A stretch of DNA of 64,000 nucleotides from an uncultured Acidimicrobiia bacterium. Its GTDB lineage: Bacteria; Acidobacteriota; Terriglobia; Versatilivoradales; Versatilivoraceae. A model generated the notes under the pieces. That model did no database searches, was not told the DNA's origin, and was given only the letters and a program-made list of their open reading frames with translations. The DNA lies in contig CAWBAT010000007.1 in assembly GCA_963786955.1 (NCBI GenBank), forward strand, positions 169,346 to 233,345. The letters run 5' to 3'. Positions 30,326 to 39,911 of this stretch are shown here, in pieces (within the stretch, counting starts at the first letter, position 1; the number at the start of each line of letters is the position of its first letter). The position numbers and the translations under genes were made by a program.

Positions 30326-30445
30326 TCGAAGGTTGTCCATCCAAAAGCTAGTTGCTTGGACCGAGCACAGAAACAGCCCCTATTCCGGAGGACTCGCGCT
30401 GAAGCAAACCCTGCAGCCTAGCCTTGACGCAGGCCGCTTTGGGGT

Positions 30446-31351
30446 TTGCGCTCAAATCCACCCTTTGGAGCAATACTAGTGAATCGCATCCTTCCGGCCA
30501 TCAGTATGCTGCTTCTTCTGACCTCCTGTCACATCGGATACGGCCCACTCCAGGACCACAGCGAATTCGTCAGCACACGGCTTGCAGACGACAATCATAT
30601 CGTGCTGTTTTCATTTCACCGTTTTGCCTATCGAGCAGCGGCCGGCTGGCGGGCCTTTCCGGACGGCGGTATTCCGGACTATGTCACAGATATCAATCTG
30701 CTGGGGACCTATGACTTGCAGACTCGGGAAACGAAGATTCTGAGACGAGAGAAGAATTCGCAATGGCAGCCAGGCAGCGGTCTATTCTTCGTCCACTCCA
30801 CAAAAGGGTCCAAGTTATTGATTTCCCAGGGAGGACAACGGCGTGGATCATTTGAGCTGGGTGTGAAGTATGTGTTGCTCGATTTCAAACAAGGCAATGC
30901 CACAGATCTTGACCTGAAATCAGACCTGGCCAGGTTCGGCAGGGACTCAGGCCAGATCTATCTCGTGGATGGAGGCGGCACGCTGTTGTTTGTTACGTTA
31001 TCTCTGGAGGAGTCTAAAGATTCGAGCGCGCACAGGAATGGCGGACTGGTTCCGGAGATCTGGGTTCGTACTCCGAGTGGAGATTACGTGAAGGCCGCCG
31101 TTTCGGCGCATTATCAGTGTACACGGAATGGCGAAGTGATCTACTGGGAGCCGTCAACCCGAGACTTCATGGCTTTTTCTATTGCCGGCCGCACAACGCG
31201 GAAAGCCCAGGAATTCAAAGTGGCCGGCTATGAGGACGTGGCCAAGGGTGTCATCCTTTCTTCTAATCGAAAGGGTCTGGAATTCGGCGTCAAAGTCAAT
31301 GGGCAATGGAAATACGAACTACTCGACCTGAAGCTCGAAGAGTTGAATTAG
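30446..31351 (+). CDS. Hypothetical lipoprotein
   Basis: LLLLTSC lipobox; beta-rich sequence; start uncertain. Confidence 0.6.
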   Translation: MRSNPPFGAILVNRILPAISMLLLLTSCHIGYGPLQDHSEFVSTRLADDNHIVLFSFHRFAYRAAAGWRAFPDGGIPDYVTDINLLGTYDLQTRETKILRREKNSQWQPGSGLFFVHSTKGSKLLISQGGQRRGSFELGVKYVLLDFKQGNATDLDLKSDLARFGRDSGQIYLVDGGGTLLFVTLSLEESKDSSAHRNGGLVPEIWVRTPSGDYVKAAVSAHYQCTRNGEVIYWEPSTRDFMAFSIAGRTTRKAQEFKVAGYEDVAKGVILSSNRKGLEFGVKVNGQWKYELLDLKLEELN

Positions 31352-31503
31352 GCAAATGCCACGCGCTATCCCCAGTTAATTTGCCAAAGTAAACGACGAG
31401 CCGGGTGAAATCTAAGAATGACAATCGGCTCCAGTATCGCGCGCCTTCGGAATAAACTTCTCATGCTTGAACACTTTCCTTCCTTTAGAACGAGGTGTCT
31501 TAA

Positions 31504-31717
31504 ACCCGAATTCCGAAGTTGCCTGAGCGTCGCTAGGTGGAGCGTGCGCGTGGGACCGCTGTCCTCCCGCGCACGCTCCATGAACGCGCCGCGGAGCGCA
31601 CGTTCCACCTGGATCCGCAAGTCATCGGTATACTCTCCTCCTTGCCAAGCGGCTTGCATGCCTCAGACAAATCAGCAACTAGATAGGAATCCCGCCCACC
31701 CACTTCGGAATTCGGGT
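31504..31717. mobile_element. 214-bp MITE / internally deleted IS
   Basis: Perfect 16-bp TIR ACCCGAATTCCGAAGT (31504-31519 and 31702-31717), TAA on both flanks. Confidence 0.8.
31535..31610. repeat. REP-like palindrome nested in the MITE
   Basis: AGGTGGAGCGTGCGC...GCGCACGCTCCA...GCGCACGTTCCACCT. Confidence 0.7.
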
Positions 31718-32940
31718 TAAGTCGCCTTTAACTCATCGAGGTTCAGTTTTCGGAGACGTGGTGAAAGTAAAGAGACAACAAAGACGGTAGCTAGGCAGAC
31801 AATTCCTCCCAAGACGGCCGCCGGTACGGCTCCCAGAAGGCGTGCAACAACCCCCGATTCAAATTCGCCTAGTTCGTTAGAAGAACCAATGAAGATGGAG
31901 TTGACGGCAGAGATCTTACCGCGCATCGAGTCGGGCGAAGAGAGTTGAACTGCCGACATCCGCACGACCATACTGACGCTGTCAAAAGCACCGCTCAACC
32001 CCAGGGCGAGAAGGGACAAAACGAAGTCGCGACTTAAGGCGAACACTAGAATACAGACTCCAAAACCGGTTACCGCTGAAAACAGCCAGGTGCCTGCCCG
32101 CTTTCGAATATCAAATGTTGTCAACCATAGGCTGATGATGGCTGCGCCAATCGCGGGCGCCGCGCGCAAGGCCCCCAAACCCTTGGGGCCGATCATCAAG
32201 ATTTCACCCGCATAGATGGGGAGTAAAGCGGTCACTCCTCCAAAAAGCACAGAAATCATGTCGAGGCTGAGCGCCGGAAAGAGAATGGGGTGGTGAATGA
32301 CAAACTTTGCGCCCGAAAGAAGTTCCGTCCTTCTGGACTGGAGCTTGCCGGAAGGCGGAAGAGGACTGGGAGAAGAGTGGATGAGCAATATGGTCCCTAC
32401 AGCTAGAACTAAGACAAAGCAGACGATCCCCGCCGAAGCCGACACACCCATCCAGCCGAAAAAGAGTCCCCCTAAGGCCGGCCCGGAAATACGAGCAACT
32501 TGCAACGACGATGCCATCCAGGCTGAAGCTCGAGGCAGAGTTTCTCGGTCGATAATTCGCGGAACAAGTGCAAAAATCGAGGGCTGGGAGAAGGCTCGAG
32601 CGGTACCTGTGAGAAAGGAAGAAAGAAAGAGACCCATGATCCGAATCTGGTGGCTTGCGCCAATCGAAGGAAGTTGTGAGATCAGAAGGATGAATCCAGA
32701 AAACAGGCTGATCGCGACAACTCTCCGAAAAACCAGCAGCGGGCGGCTCCGGTCGACGATGTAGCCTGCATATAAGGCCAGTCCTAAAGCAGGTATGGCC
32801 TCCACCAGACCGATGAGCCCCAGAAATAGGGGATCTCTGGTCAGGATATACATTTGCCAACCCAGGACGATTGCTTGAATTTGCACGGCAAGAGTAAATA
32901 GAAAGCGAGCCGCCATTAGCATTTTAAAATCATTCGGCAT
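31717..32940 (-). CDS. MFS transporter (EntS/DHA3-like)
   Basis: About 12 TM segments; AGYIVDR, LDMISVLFGG, MRGKISAVNSIFIGSSNELG. Confidence 0.9.
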   Translation of the reverse strand: MPNDFKMLMAARFLFTLAVQIQAIVLGWQMYILTRDPLFLGLIGLVEAIPALGLALYAGYIVDRSRPLLVFRRVVAISLFSGFILLISQLPSIGASHQIRIMGLFLSSFLTGTARAFSQPSIFALVPRIIDRETLPRASAWMASSLQVARISGPALGGLFFGWMGVSASAGIVCFVLVLAVGTILLIHSSPSPLPPSGKLQSRRTELLSGAKFVIHHPILFPALSLDMISVLFGGVTALLPIYAGEILMIGPKGLGALRAAPAIGAAIISLWLTTFDIRKRAGTWLFSAVTGFGVCILVFALSRDFVLSLLALGLSGAFDSVSMVVRMSAVQLSSPDSMRGKISAVNSIFIGSSNELGEFESGVVARLLGAVPAAVLGGIVCLATVFVVSLLSPRLRKLNLDELKAT

Positions 32941-33185
32941 TGTTATTCCCGTAAACTTCCAGTTCTAGTCACTGAATTCAAAGGTCCCCACTTCTGCTGG
33001 CGGGGAAAGTAGTCTAGTTGAGCGAACATCTGGATGGCTAGTAGATCCTCGCAGCGTTTCAGGAGTGATCAGATTGCCAATGCCTCATGCCGCATTGGCG
33101 TAAAGACTGCAATATCACCTCTGGGTGCGAGAGAGTATTATTTTTTATTAAAATATTTATTCGCCTCATTCGTCTACACAGTTAG

Positions 33186-33788
33186 ATGAAAAGATTAGCG
33201 AGCATGCAATGGGTAAACACCTTGGAAGACCAACGAATTGTTAAAGTCGTCGAGCGGGAGCAATCTCGGTTAAGAAACTTCATCTGGAAACGGGTGGCCG
33301 ACAGGTCCGATGCGGAAGATATTCTTCAGGAAGTCTTCTTTGAACTAGTGGAGGCATACCGGCTGGCCAAACCAATCGAGCAAGTCGGTGCCTGGCTGTT
33401 CCGGGTGGCTCGCAATCGGATCACAGACCTGTTCCGAAAGACAAAGTCAGATGTTTTGAAAGATATTGGGGAGGGGTCGGAAGAAGATGAACAGGAGCTG
33501 CAGTTGGTCGATCTTTTGCCGGCGCCAGAAGCTGGACCGGAGGCAGCTTTTGCACGGAATGTGCTCTTGGAAGAGCTGGAAGACGCTCTCAACGAGCTTC
33601 CCGAAGAGCAGCGCGAAGTATTCATCGCTCATGAACTCGAGGGGCGCAGCTTTAAAGAATTGGCTCTGGAGACCGGGCTCAGTGTGAATACGCTACTCTC
33701 CCGCAAACATTATGCGGTGCTACACCTACGTCAAAGGCTTCAGGCCATTTATGACGAATTTACGAAAGGAAGAGGACGAGAAAAATGA
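33186..33788 (+). CDS. ECF RNA polymerase sigma factor
   Basis: DAEDILQEVF, WLFRVARN, LPEEQREVF, SVNTLLSRKHYA. Confidence 0.92.
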   Translation: MKRLASMQWVNTLEDQRIVKVVEREQSRLRNFIWKRVADRSDAEDILQEVFFELVEAYRLAKPIEQVGAWLFRVARNRITDLFRKTKSDVLKDIGEGSEEDEQELQLVDLLPAPEAGPEAAFARNVLLEELEDALNELPEEQREVFIAHELEGRSFKELALETGLSVNTLLSRKHYAVLHLRQRLQAIYDEFTKGRGREK

Positions 33789-34129
33789 ACAGGCATTGGA
33801 TTGTAAAGGGTTTTGGAGTAGTACTCTTTGTGACGATTGTCATCGCAGGATTTGGACAAGCGGTTCTTCAATTATGGAACTGGCTCATGCCAAACATTTT
33901 TGGGCTGAACCGGATCAGTTTCTGGCAAGCAGTCGGATTGCTGGGTCTGAGCTGGATCCTCTTCGGCGGATTCCGTGGTGGTCGTTTCTTTGGTCATCGC
34001 GGACAGCACAGTATGAGGGAGCGCTGGGGACAAATGACTCCCGAACAGCGCGACAGATTTCGTAAGGGCCTTCAGCACCGGTGCGGAAAAATGGGACCAC
34101 GAGCGGCAGAGCCTGAGGGCAAATTCTGA
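33785..34129 (+). CDS. Small 2-TM protein coupled to the ECF sigma
   Basis: ATGA overlap; LWNWLMP.IFG..ISFWQA.GL. Confidence 0.75.
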   Translation: MNRHWIVKGFGVVLFVTIVIAGFGQAVLQLWNWLMPNIFGLNRISFWQAVGLLGLSWILFGGFRGGRFFGHRGQHSMRERWGQMTPEQRDRFRKGLQHRCGKMGPRAAEPEGKF

Positions 34130-34298
34130 ATAAATTCAATCTAAGGGGACGTTCTGGAGGCGGTGTTACTTGAAACCGCCAAACACATAGGGAAGCGCCG
34201 CTTAATTGCAGGCCATGGACCATGCGCCATGGAAACTCTCGCTCTGAAGCAAAATCTGGCGTGCAGCATCCCTCAGTTGTGGGTCGTTAGGTTTATCT

Positions 34299-34997
34299 TC
34301 ACCAGACTTTGCCTGGCGCAAGACGATAATCACCTTTGCCCGATTTGTCTATGAAGGTGACGGACAGGTTATCACCGATGCCCTCAATATGGCGGTATCC
34401 CCAAAACTCGTATGGCGGCATATTAGTGCTACCCGAAGGATGGGAATCGATCTCATCCGGAGGGCCGTAAACAATGAACATGTGGCCGCGATCGGTCTGC
34501 CAGCCCGGCCTGCCGGACGCCATCCGAAAATGATGGTTGGCATAAGTGATCCGGCGGGAATGGTCCTCTTTGAACTCGTTTTCAACCGTGTTTGGTGTCG
34601 GATCGCGCCGTTCCCAAAACTGCTCGATAAACTTCTCCCGTTCTTCCTCGGTAGTCAGTTTCAGGAACGCAGCCCGCTCTTCATCGGTGATGATGTAAAG
34701 CACGTCCTGATTCAACCATTTATCATAAGGAGAAGTCTCAGCGTGGTCCGTTTGCGGCTGGGCAGCGGCAAACGTTTGCTGAAGCGGCTCTAATTGCCAC
34801 GCGGCCAGAGCCACGGCGGCGATTGTAATGAGGATTATGGCGGCCAACATCGGCGTCCAAGCGCCATTCCGCCCTTTCGGATACAGCAGACCATGGATGC
34901 GTTTCACGTGAATAGCTTTTGAAGCGGAACCAGCCAGTTCACATAAAAGTGGCAAACCCGGAAACTGACCTGCCACCCCTTCTAGTTGGGAGTTCAA
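34299..34997 (-). CDS. GWxTD domain protein, probably N-terminally truncated
   Basis: YDKWLNQDV.YII, FIEQFWERRDP, GWQTDRG; start uncertain. Confidence 0.75.
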   Translation of the reverse strand: MNSQLEGVAGQFPGLPLLCELAGSASKAIHVKRIHGLLYPKGRNGAWTPMLAAIILITIAAVALAAWQLEPLQQTFAAAQPQTDHAETSPYDKWLNQDVLYIITDEERAAFLKLTTEEEREKFIEQFWERRDPTPNTVENEFKEDHSRRITYANHHFRMASGRPGWQTDRGHMFIVYGPPDEIDSHPSGSTNMPPYEFWGYRHIEGIGDNLSVTFIDKSGKGDYRLAPGKVW

Positions 34998-35000
34998 ATC

Positions 35001-35561
35001 TTAGCCTTTTTGGAACGTCGTGGACAGGTTCAAGGTCCCCCACTCCAGTATGAATTTTCCCAATTGGCCGTCTTTTCCACCGCTAAGGGTTAGCTTTTGG
35101 GAATTCTTAGGATTTTTTTCCATCTCCATGGGAGTCTCTACTCTTTCAAGTTTAATGGTTACCAATTCGATGGGCTGAGAGTTTTTCCCGAGTGTCAAAG
35201 GAACTTCTGCAATGAGTTCTTTTTCTTTGTAAATCATTAGATGCCATTTACCCGCTTCAATCAGCTTCGCTTTCAAAACATACTTTCCTTTGGAAACCGT
35301 CTTTTCTCCAAATTTAAGATCGATATCAGAACTCAACGTGGTGGGAGCATTTGACCCCATGCGCCATTCCATCCCCGGCTCAATCATCTTGGCGATATCA
35401 CGACCCGCAACAGCAGGCCGGCCGTAATCTACCGACACTTTTCCGTCTCCGATTTTCAAACTGGCTTCACCCCTGTCTTTTGGCGCCTCCGCTGGAGTCT
35501 GGGCGAAAATGGGCAAGGTGAGTAGGCAAACGGCGATCAGCGCAAGTACATTCTTCTTCAT
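35001..35561 (-). CDS. DUF2911 domain secreted protein
   Basis: Signal peptide; VDYGRP, WRMGSN, GKY. Confidence 0.85.
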   Translation of the reverse strand: MKKNVLALIAVCLLTLPIFAQTPAEAPKDRGEASLKIGDGKVSVDYGRPAVAGRDIAKMIEPGMEWRMGSNAPTTLSSDIDLKFGEKTVSKGKYVLKAKLIEAGKWHLMIYKEKELIAEVPLTLGKNSQPIELVTIKLERVETPMEMEKNPKNSQKLTLSGGKDGQLGKFILEWGTLNLSTTFQKG

Positions 35562-35642
35562 GTCTGAAATCTCCTTTTTGAGTGAGGGTAATCATTCCTT
35601 TAAAGATCGAGATTATATTTTGATTAGTTTCGGTTCACAACC

Positions 35643-35735
35643 CTAACTTGAACGAGGTTTATCCAAATCCCCAGTAATGAGTCGGGCCCCCCGCTGATAG
35701 GTGAAATACGCCCACGCCCACTCAAAGATCACGAT
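35643..35735 (-). pseudogene. Orphan 3' tail of a type II NADH dehydrogenase-like gene
   Basis: IVIFEWAWAYFTYQRGARLITG resembles the NDH-2 C-terminal motif; no gene body upstream. Confidence 0.65.
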
Positions 35736-35897
35736 GTGTGGTTTTGCTCCAGCATCCATACTTGGAATCTTAACACCATGGGAAAGGATGGCAAACAAAG
35801 CGTCTGAAACATTTCGCTTTCCGCTCCTGATGGCTTCGCACATAATCCAATGGAGTGCACTATTTGGTTGAACTGGGTGAAAACTCAATACCCTATA

Positions 35898-36326
35898 ATG
35901 GATGAACCATCCGCTGGCTATGTATTGCTGGATCACCCTGCCGACGTGGGAATTGAGGCTTTCGGCAAAGACTTAGCGGGTGCCTTCGTGCAGGCTGCCC
36001 TGGCTTTGATGTCGGTAATTTTGGACCCGGGGAAAATCGATGGTACCCAGTCGAGAGCGATCGACCTTGAAGGGGTGGACAGAGAGCACTTACTGATGAA
36101 GTGGCTCACCGAAGTCCTTTATCTTTACGACGGCCAGGGCTTTGCCGCAGGACATTTTGTGATTTCTGAACTTTCTTCGACGCGACTTAAGGCGACACTC
36201 AGCGGTGAGCCCTTCGATGCGATTAAACATGCGCCGCGATTGGATGTCAAAGCAGTCACCTATCATCAACTCTTGGTGGAGGAAGCTGCCGAGGGTGCCA
36301 GAGTAAGAGTCTTTCTAGATATTTGA
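35898..36326 (+). CDS. Archease
   Basis: DHPADVGI and VKAVTYH..VFLDI motifs. Confidence 0.93.
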   Translation: MDEPSAGYVLLDHPADVGIEAFGKDLAGAFVQAALALMSVILDPGKIDGTQSRAIDLEGVDREHLLMKWLTEVLYLYDGQGFAAGHFVISELSSTRLKATLSGEPFDAIKHAPRLDVKAVTYHQLLVEEAAEGARVRVFLDI

Positions 36327-36403
36327 AGATGAATGATCCGCTCTATTCCGCCTCGGTTGCGGCAAATTGTTAAGGGCGGAAAATAGTCCTACCCAATCGG
36401 AAT

Positions 36404-37828
36404 ATGCTCAGAAAGATCGACGATTATCGCTACCTTGTTCCAACTTCTCACAAAGAGGGAATGCGGATTGAAGGCCTCATCTACGCCAACGAGGAGTTGA
36501 TCCGTCAGATTGAGAAGGATCAAACCCTCGATCAAGTGGCCAATGTGGCGACACTTCCGGGGCTTGTGGGACGGTCGTTGGCCATGCCGGATGCCCATCA
36601 AGGCTACGGATTTTGCATTGGCGGAGTTGCTGCCGCCGATCTCAAACAGGGAGTCGTCTCCGCTGGCGGAGTAGGTTTCGATATTAACTGTGGTGTTCGG
36701 CTCTTGGTTTCTCCCTGGAGCGCGGAAGAGGTTCGTCCGAAACTGGAACCTTTGCTGAATCAACTTTTTCGGGATATCCCTTGCGGGACGGGAAGGCACG
36801 GGTTGCTGGCGATGTCTGGATCTGCCCTGGATGAGACATTGAAAGACGGTGCCCAATGGGCTGTCAAAAAAGGCTTTGGGGAAGAAGCAGACCTTTCCCG
36901 CATCGAAGACTACGGACGCATCCAAGGTGCGGACCCGTCGAAAGTCAGTTCCCGAGCAAAACAGAGGGGGCACGACCAGCTGGGAACACTTGGGTCGGGC
37001 AACCATTTTCTGGAAATTCAGGTGGTCCATGAAATTTTTGATGAAATTCTCGCCCAGAAGCTGGGATTGCAGCTCAATCAAATCGTGGTTTTAATGCACA
37101 GCGGATCGCGCGGGCTGGGGCATCAGGTATGCACGGACTACTTGGACCTCATGCAAGAAGGCATGAAGCGCTATGGAATCAATGTGATTGATCGTCAGCT
37201 CGCCTGCGTCCCAATCCGTTCCCCGGAGGGACAAGACTATCTGGCTGCGATGGCGGCGGCAGCTAACTTCGCGTTTGCAAACCGACAAATGATTACTCAT
37301 TGGACGCGTCAGGCATTTGAACGAATCCTCGGAAAGGGGACTCTCCATGTGGTGTACGATGTTTGTCACAACATTGCCAAACGCGAAGAGCATCAGGTAG
37401 GTACTGTTCGGAAGGAGGTCTTGGTCCACCGTAAAGGGGCGACGCGTGCTTTTCCGCCAGGACATTCCGCCTTACCTTCGGAACTGCGTCCCTTGGGGCA
37501 GCCGGTGCTGATCCCGGGCAGCATGGGAACCTGCTCCTACGTGTTGGTTGGAACCGAGCAAGCCATGGCAGAAACTTTCGGGTCTTGCTGCCATGGTGCC
37601 GGGCGTGCTAAGAGTCGGACACAAGCGAAGAGAGAGACTTCGGCTGACGAACTTCTGAAAGAAATGAAACGGAAAGGTATTCTCGTTAAAGGACAATCGC
37701 GGTCCGGATTAACTGAAGAAAAACCGGATGCCTACAAAGATGTCACTCAAGTGGTCAATGTCGTTCACGACGCCGGGCTTGCTCGTAAAGTGGCGAAATT
37801 GCTTCCGATAGCGGTCATGAAAGGGTGA
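36404..37828 (+). CDS. rtcB: RtcB RNA ligase (archaeal/eukaryote-like length)
   Basis: MPDAHQGYG, DINCG, GSGNHFLE, HSGSRG, HN, HRKGA, PGSMG, HGAGR. Confidence 0.96.
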   Translation: MLRKIDDYRYLVPTSHKEGMRIEGLIYANEELIRQIEKDQTLDQVANVATLPGLVGRSLAMPDAHQGYGFCIGGVAAADLKQGVVSAGGVGFDINCGVRLLVSPWSAEEVRPKLEPLLNQLFRDIPCGTGRHGLLAMSGSALDETLKDGAQWAVKKGFGEEADLSRIEDYGRIQGADPSKVSSRAKQRGHDQLGTLGSGNHFLEIQVVHEIFDEILAQKLGLQLNQIVVLMHSGSRGLGHQVCTDYLDLMQEGMKRYGINVIDRQLACVPIRSPEGQDYLAAMAAAANFAFANRQMITHWTRQAFERILGKGTLHVVYDVCHNIAKREEHQVGTVRKEVLVHRKGATRAFPPGHSALPSELRPLGQPVLIPGSMGTCSYVLVGTEQAMAETFGSCCHGAGRAKSRTQAKRETSADELLKEMKRKGILVKGQSRSGLTEEKPDAYKDVTQVVNVVHDAGLARKVAKLLPIAVMKG

Positions 37829-37935
37829 GGGAACCATGAGGGATGCCGCTGCGATCGTTTCCCCGGTTGGGCCTGCGAAGCTTAAAGGAAATAAACGCTT
37901 CTTCTTTATTAAGCATCACCTTTTGTAGATTTCTC

Positions 37936-38394
37936 ATGCAGATCAGTTTTCTCTGCCAACATTGCTATCGTGAATGCCAGAATGCCCCTGGTAGGGACAA
38001 GCCCGTGTTCGTTTGTCCATCCTGTAGGCGCCAGCAAGTCTTGCGCTACACGGAAGCGGTCACCTCTCGAAATCAAGTGGATAATTGTGCAGTCTGCGGG
38101 CGATCCGATCTTTACGTCCGAGATGATGCGCGTAGAATTTGGGGGTTCGTTTCCATGTTTGCTGGATTGGCAGCAGCATATTTCACTTATGGGCTGAGCA
38201 TCGTATTGGGAGCCTTTGGATTCTACTGGTACTCAATTCGTTATCCCAAATTAACAATTTGCTATCATTGCTTTGCAAAGTATCGGCAGAGCCGGTTGAA
38301 TCCACGACATCAGGAATTCGACCTGAATAAGATGGAACAATTTGAGAGCGAACTCCGCAACGACCGCAGTTCACGAGACTTCAAACTACAGTAA
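37936..38394 (+). CDS. Cys-rich (zinc ribbon-like) membrane protein
   Basis: Four CxxC pairs flanking two TM segments. Confidence 0.7.
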   Translation: MQISFLCQHCYRECQNAPGRDKPVFVCPSCRRQQVLRYTEAVTSRNQVDNCAVCGRSDLYVRDDARRIWGFVSMFAGLAAAYFTYGLSIVLGAFGFYWYSIRYPKLTICYHCFAKYRQSRLNPRHQEFDLNKMEQFESELRNDRSSRDFKLQ

Positions 38395-38398
38395 GGAT

Positions 38399-38492
38399 GG
38401 CTGCGAATGAACGCAAGTAAACATTTTTTTATGAGGGTATTGATGATGCTCCTCGGATTCCATTTTGCGTGCATTCGCGTTCATTTGTGGCC
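38399..38492. repeat. Inverted repeat of the GAATGAACGC type
   Basis: GGCTGCGAATGAACGCAAG ... TTTGCGTGCATTCGCGTTCATTTGTGGCC. Confidence 0.65.
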
Positions 38493-38509
38493 ATCTAACT
38501 ATTAATTCT

Positions 38510-38755
38510 ATGTTTACCGATCTCATAGAACTTCTCAGGATCTGTTGGGTTTTTAGACGACGTCATTGGTACTGTCATCTCCCGTTCTTGCCATTACCCC
38601 CCAAAAAATACATGGAGTGGCGAATTGAGACGGCCTATGGAGATAAATCACTCAAAAATATACGTTGGCGAGACGTCCGAGCCTATGCACACTGGCATCG
38701 GGCCATGCGCTTGAAGACTCCAACGCCAGTGGTGAAGACGGATATCTGGGAGTAG
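38510..38755 (+). CDS. Small hypothetical protein
   Basis: PFLPLP..Y..WRIETAYG; operon-like position before nadA. Confidence 0.6.
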   Translation: MFTDLIELLRICWVFRRRHWYCHLPFLPLPPKKYMEWRIETAYGDKSLKNIRWRDVRAYAHWHRAMRLKTPTPVVKTDIWE

Positions 38756-38822
38756 TATGTTAGAATCTCTTTAGTGGATGATTGATTCTACAAGGGACCT
38801 AAGGATCGGCTCATAAGACTCG

Positions 38823-39890
38823 ATGGAGTTTAACTCAATGCCAACACTCGCAGAAGTTCAGGAAACCTATCTGGAGATGCAGAAGAAGCTCAAGGACGTG
38901 GTTCCCGATTTCGAACTTCGCTATAAGGCGGAACTAGTTTGTGAAATTAATCGTTTGAAAACAGAACGCGGAGCGGTCATTCTTGGTCACAATTACATGG
39001 AACCTGCACTTTACCATACCGTTCCTGATTTCACGGGGGATTCACTCGAATTAAGCCGGAAGGCGGCCGAAACCCGGAAAGACCCGATTGTTTTTTGTGG
39101 CGTTCGATTCATGGCAGAAACAGCCAAGATTCTTAATCCTGAAAAGACCGTCTTGTTGCCTTCCATGAAGGCTGGGTGTTCCTTGGCAGAGAGCATCACG
39201 GCAGAAGACGTTCGTCAACTGAAGAATCGTTTCCCGGGGGTTCCCGTGGTGACCTACATCAATACCTATGCCGATGTGAAGGCGGAAAGTGATGTCTGCT
39301 GTACTTCTGGGAATGCAGCGGCTGTCGTTGAATCTCTCCATCAGGATACAGTGATTTTCCTGCCCGATGAATACCTTGCCAAGAACGTTGCTAAAGAGAC
39401 CGGCAAACATATTATTTTCCCGACAAACCAACCCATTTCCAAGGAACGGCAGGACGAGGCGCTCGATTATACGATGATTGGTTGGCACGGAAAGTGCGAA
39501 GTCCATGACAAGTTTACCGTGCAGGATATTGAGCACGTCCGGGAGCAATTTCCTGATGTCGTCATCCTGGCTCATCCGGAATGTTCTCCGGAAGTCGTGG
39601 CAGCTTCGGATTTTTCAGGTAGCACCTCTGCGATGACCCGATATGTGGAGAACACCCAGGCCCCACGTTACCTCCTCCTGACGGAATGCAGTATGGGGGA
39701 CAACATCGCGGCGGATAATCCGGGCAAAGAGATGCTTCGCCTTTGCAGCGTTCGTTGCCCCCACATGAACCAAATTACTTTAGAAGATACCTTGAATTCC
39801 CTCCGGTATACTCAGTACGTCATCGATGTCCCGCCGGAAATCATTGCCCGCGCCAGGAAGGCAGTTGAGCGAATGTTGACAATCGGATAA
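38823..39890 (+). CDS. nadA: Quinolinate synthase
   Basis: GHNY, FCGVRFMAETAK, GCSLA, CEVH, HPEC, CPHM. Confidence 0.96.
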   Translation: MEFNSMPTLAEVQETYLEMQKKLKDVVPDFELRYKAELVCEINRLKTERGAVILGHNYMEPALYHTVPDFTGDSLELSRKAAETRKDPIVFCGVRFMAETAKILNPEKTVLLPSMKAGCSLAESITAEDVRQLKNRFPGVPVVTYINTYADVKAESDVCCTSGNAAAVVESLHQDTVIFLPDEYLAKNVAKETGKHIIFPTNQPISKERQDEALDYTMIGWHGKCEVHDKFTVQDIEHVREQFPDVVILAHPECSPEVVAASDFSGSTSAMTRYVENTQAPRYLLLTECSMGDNIAADNPGKEMLRLCSVRCPHMNQITLEDTLNSLRYTQYVIDVPPEIIARARKAVERMLTIG

Positions 39891-39911
39891 TCGGAATAAG
39901 GTTTCTCAGAT

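Noticed and set aside
36389-37081. Long antisense ORFs (here, 8191-8886, 15623-16240, 32204-32860, 59698-60324)
   Set aside because: Shadow frames of well-supported genes, with no motifs
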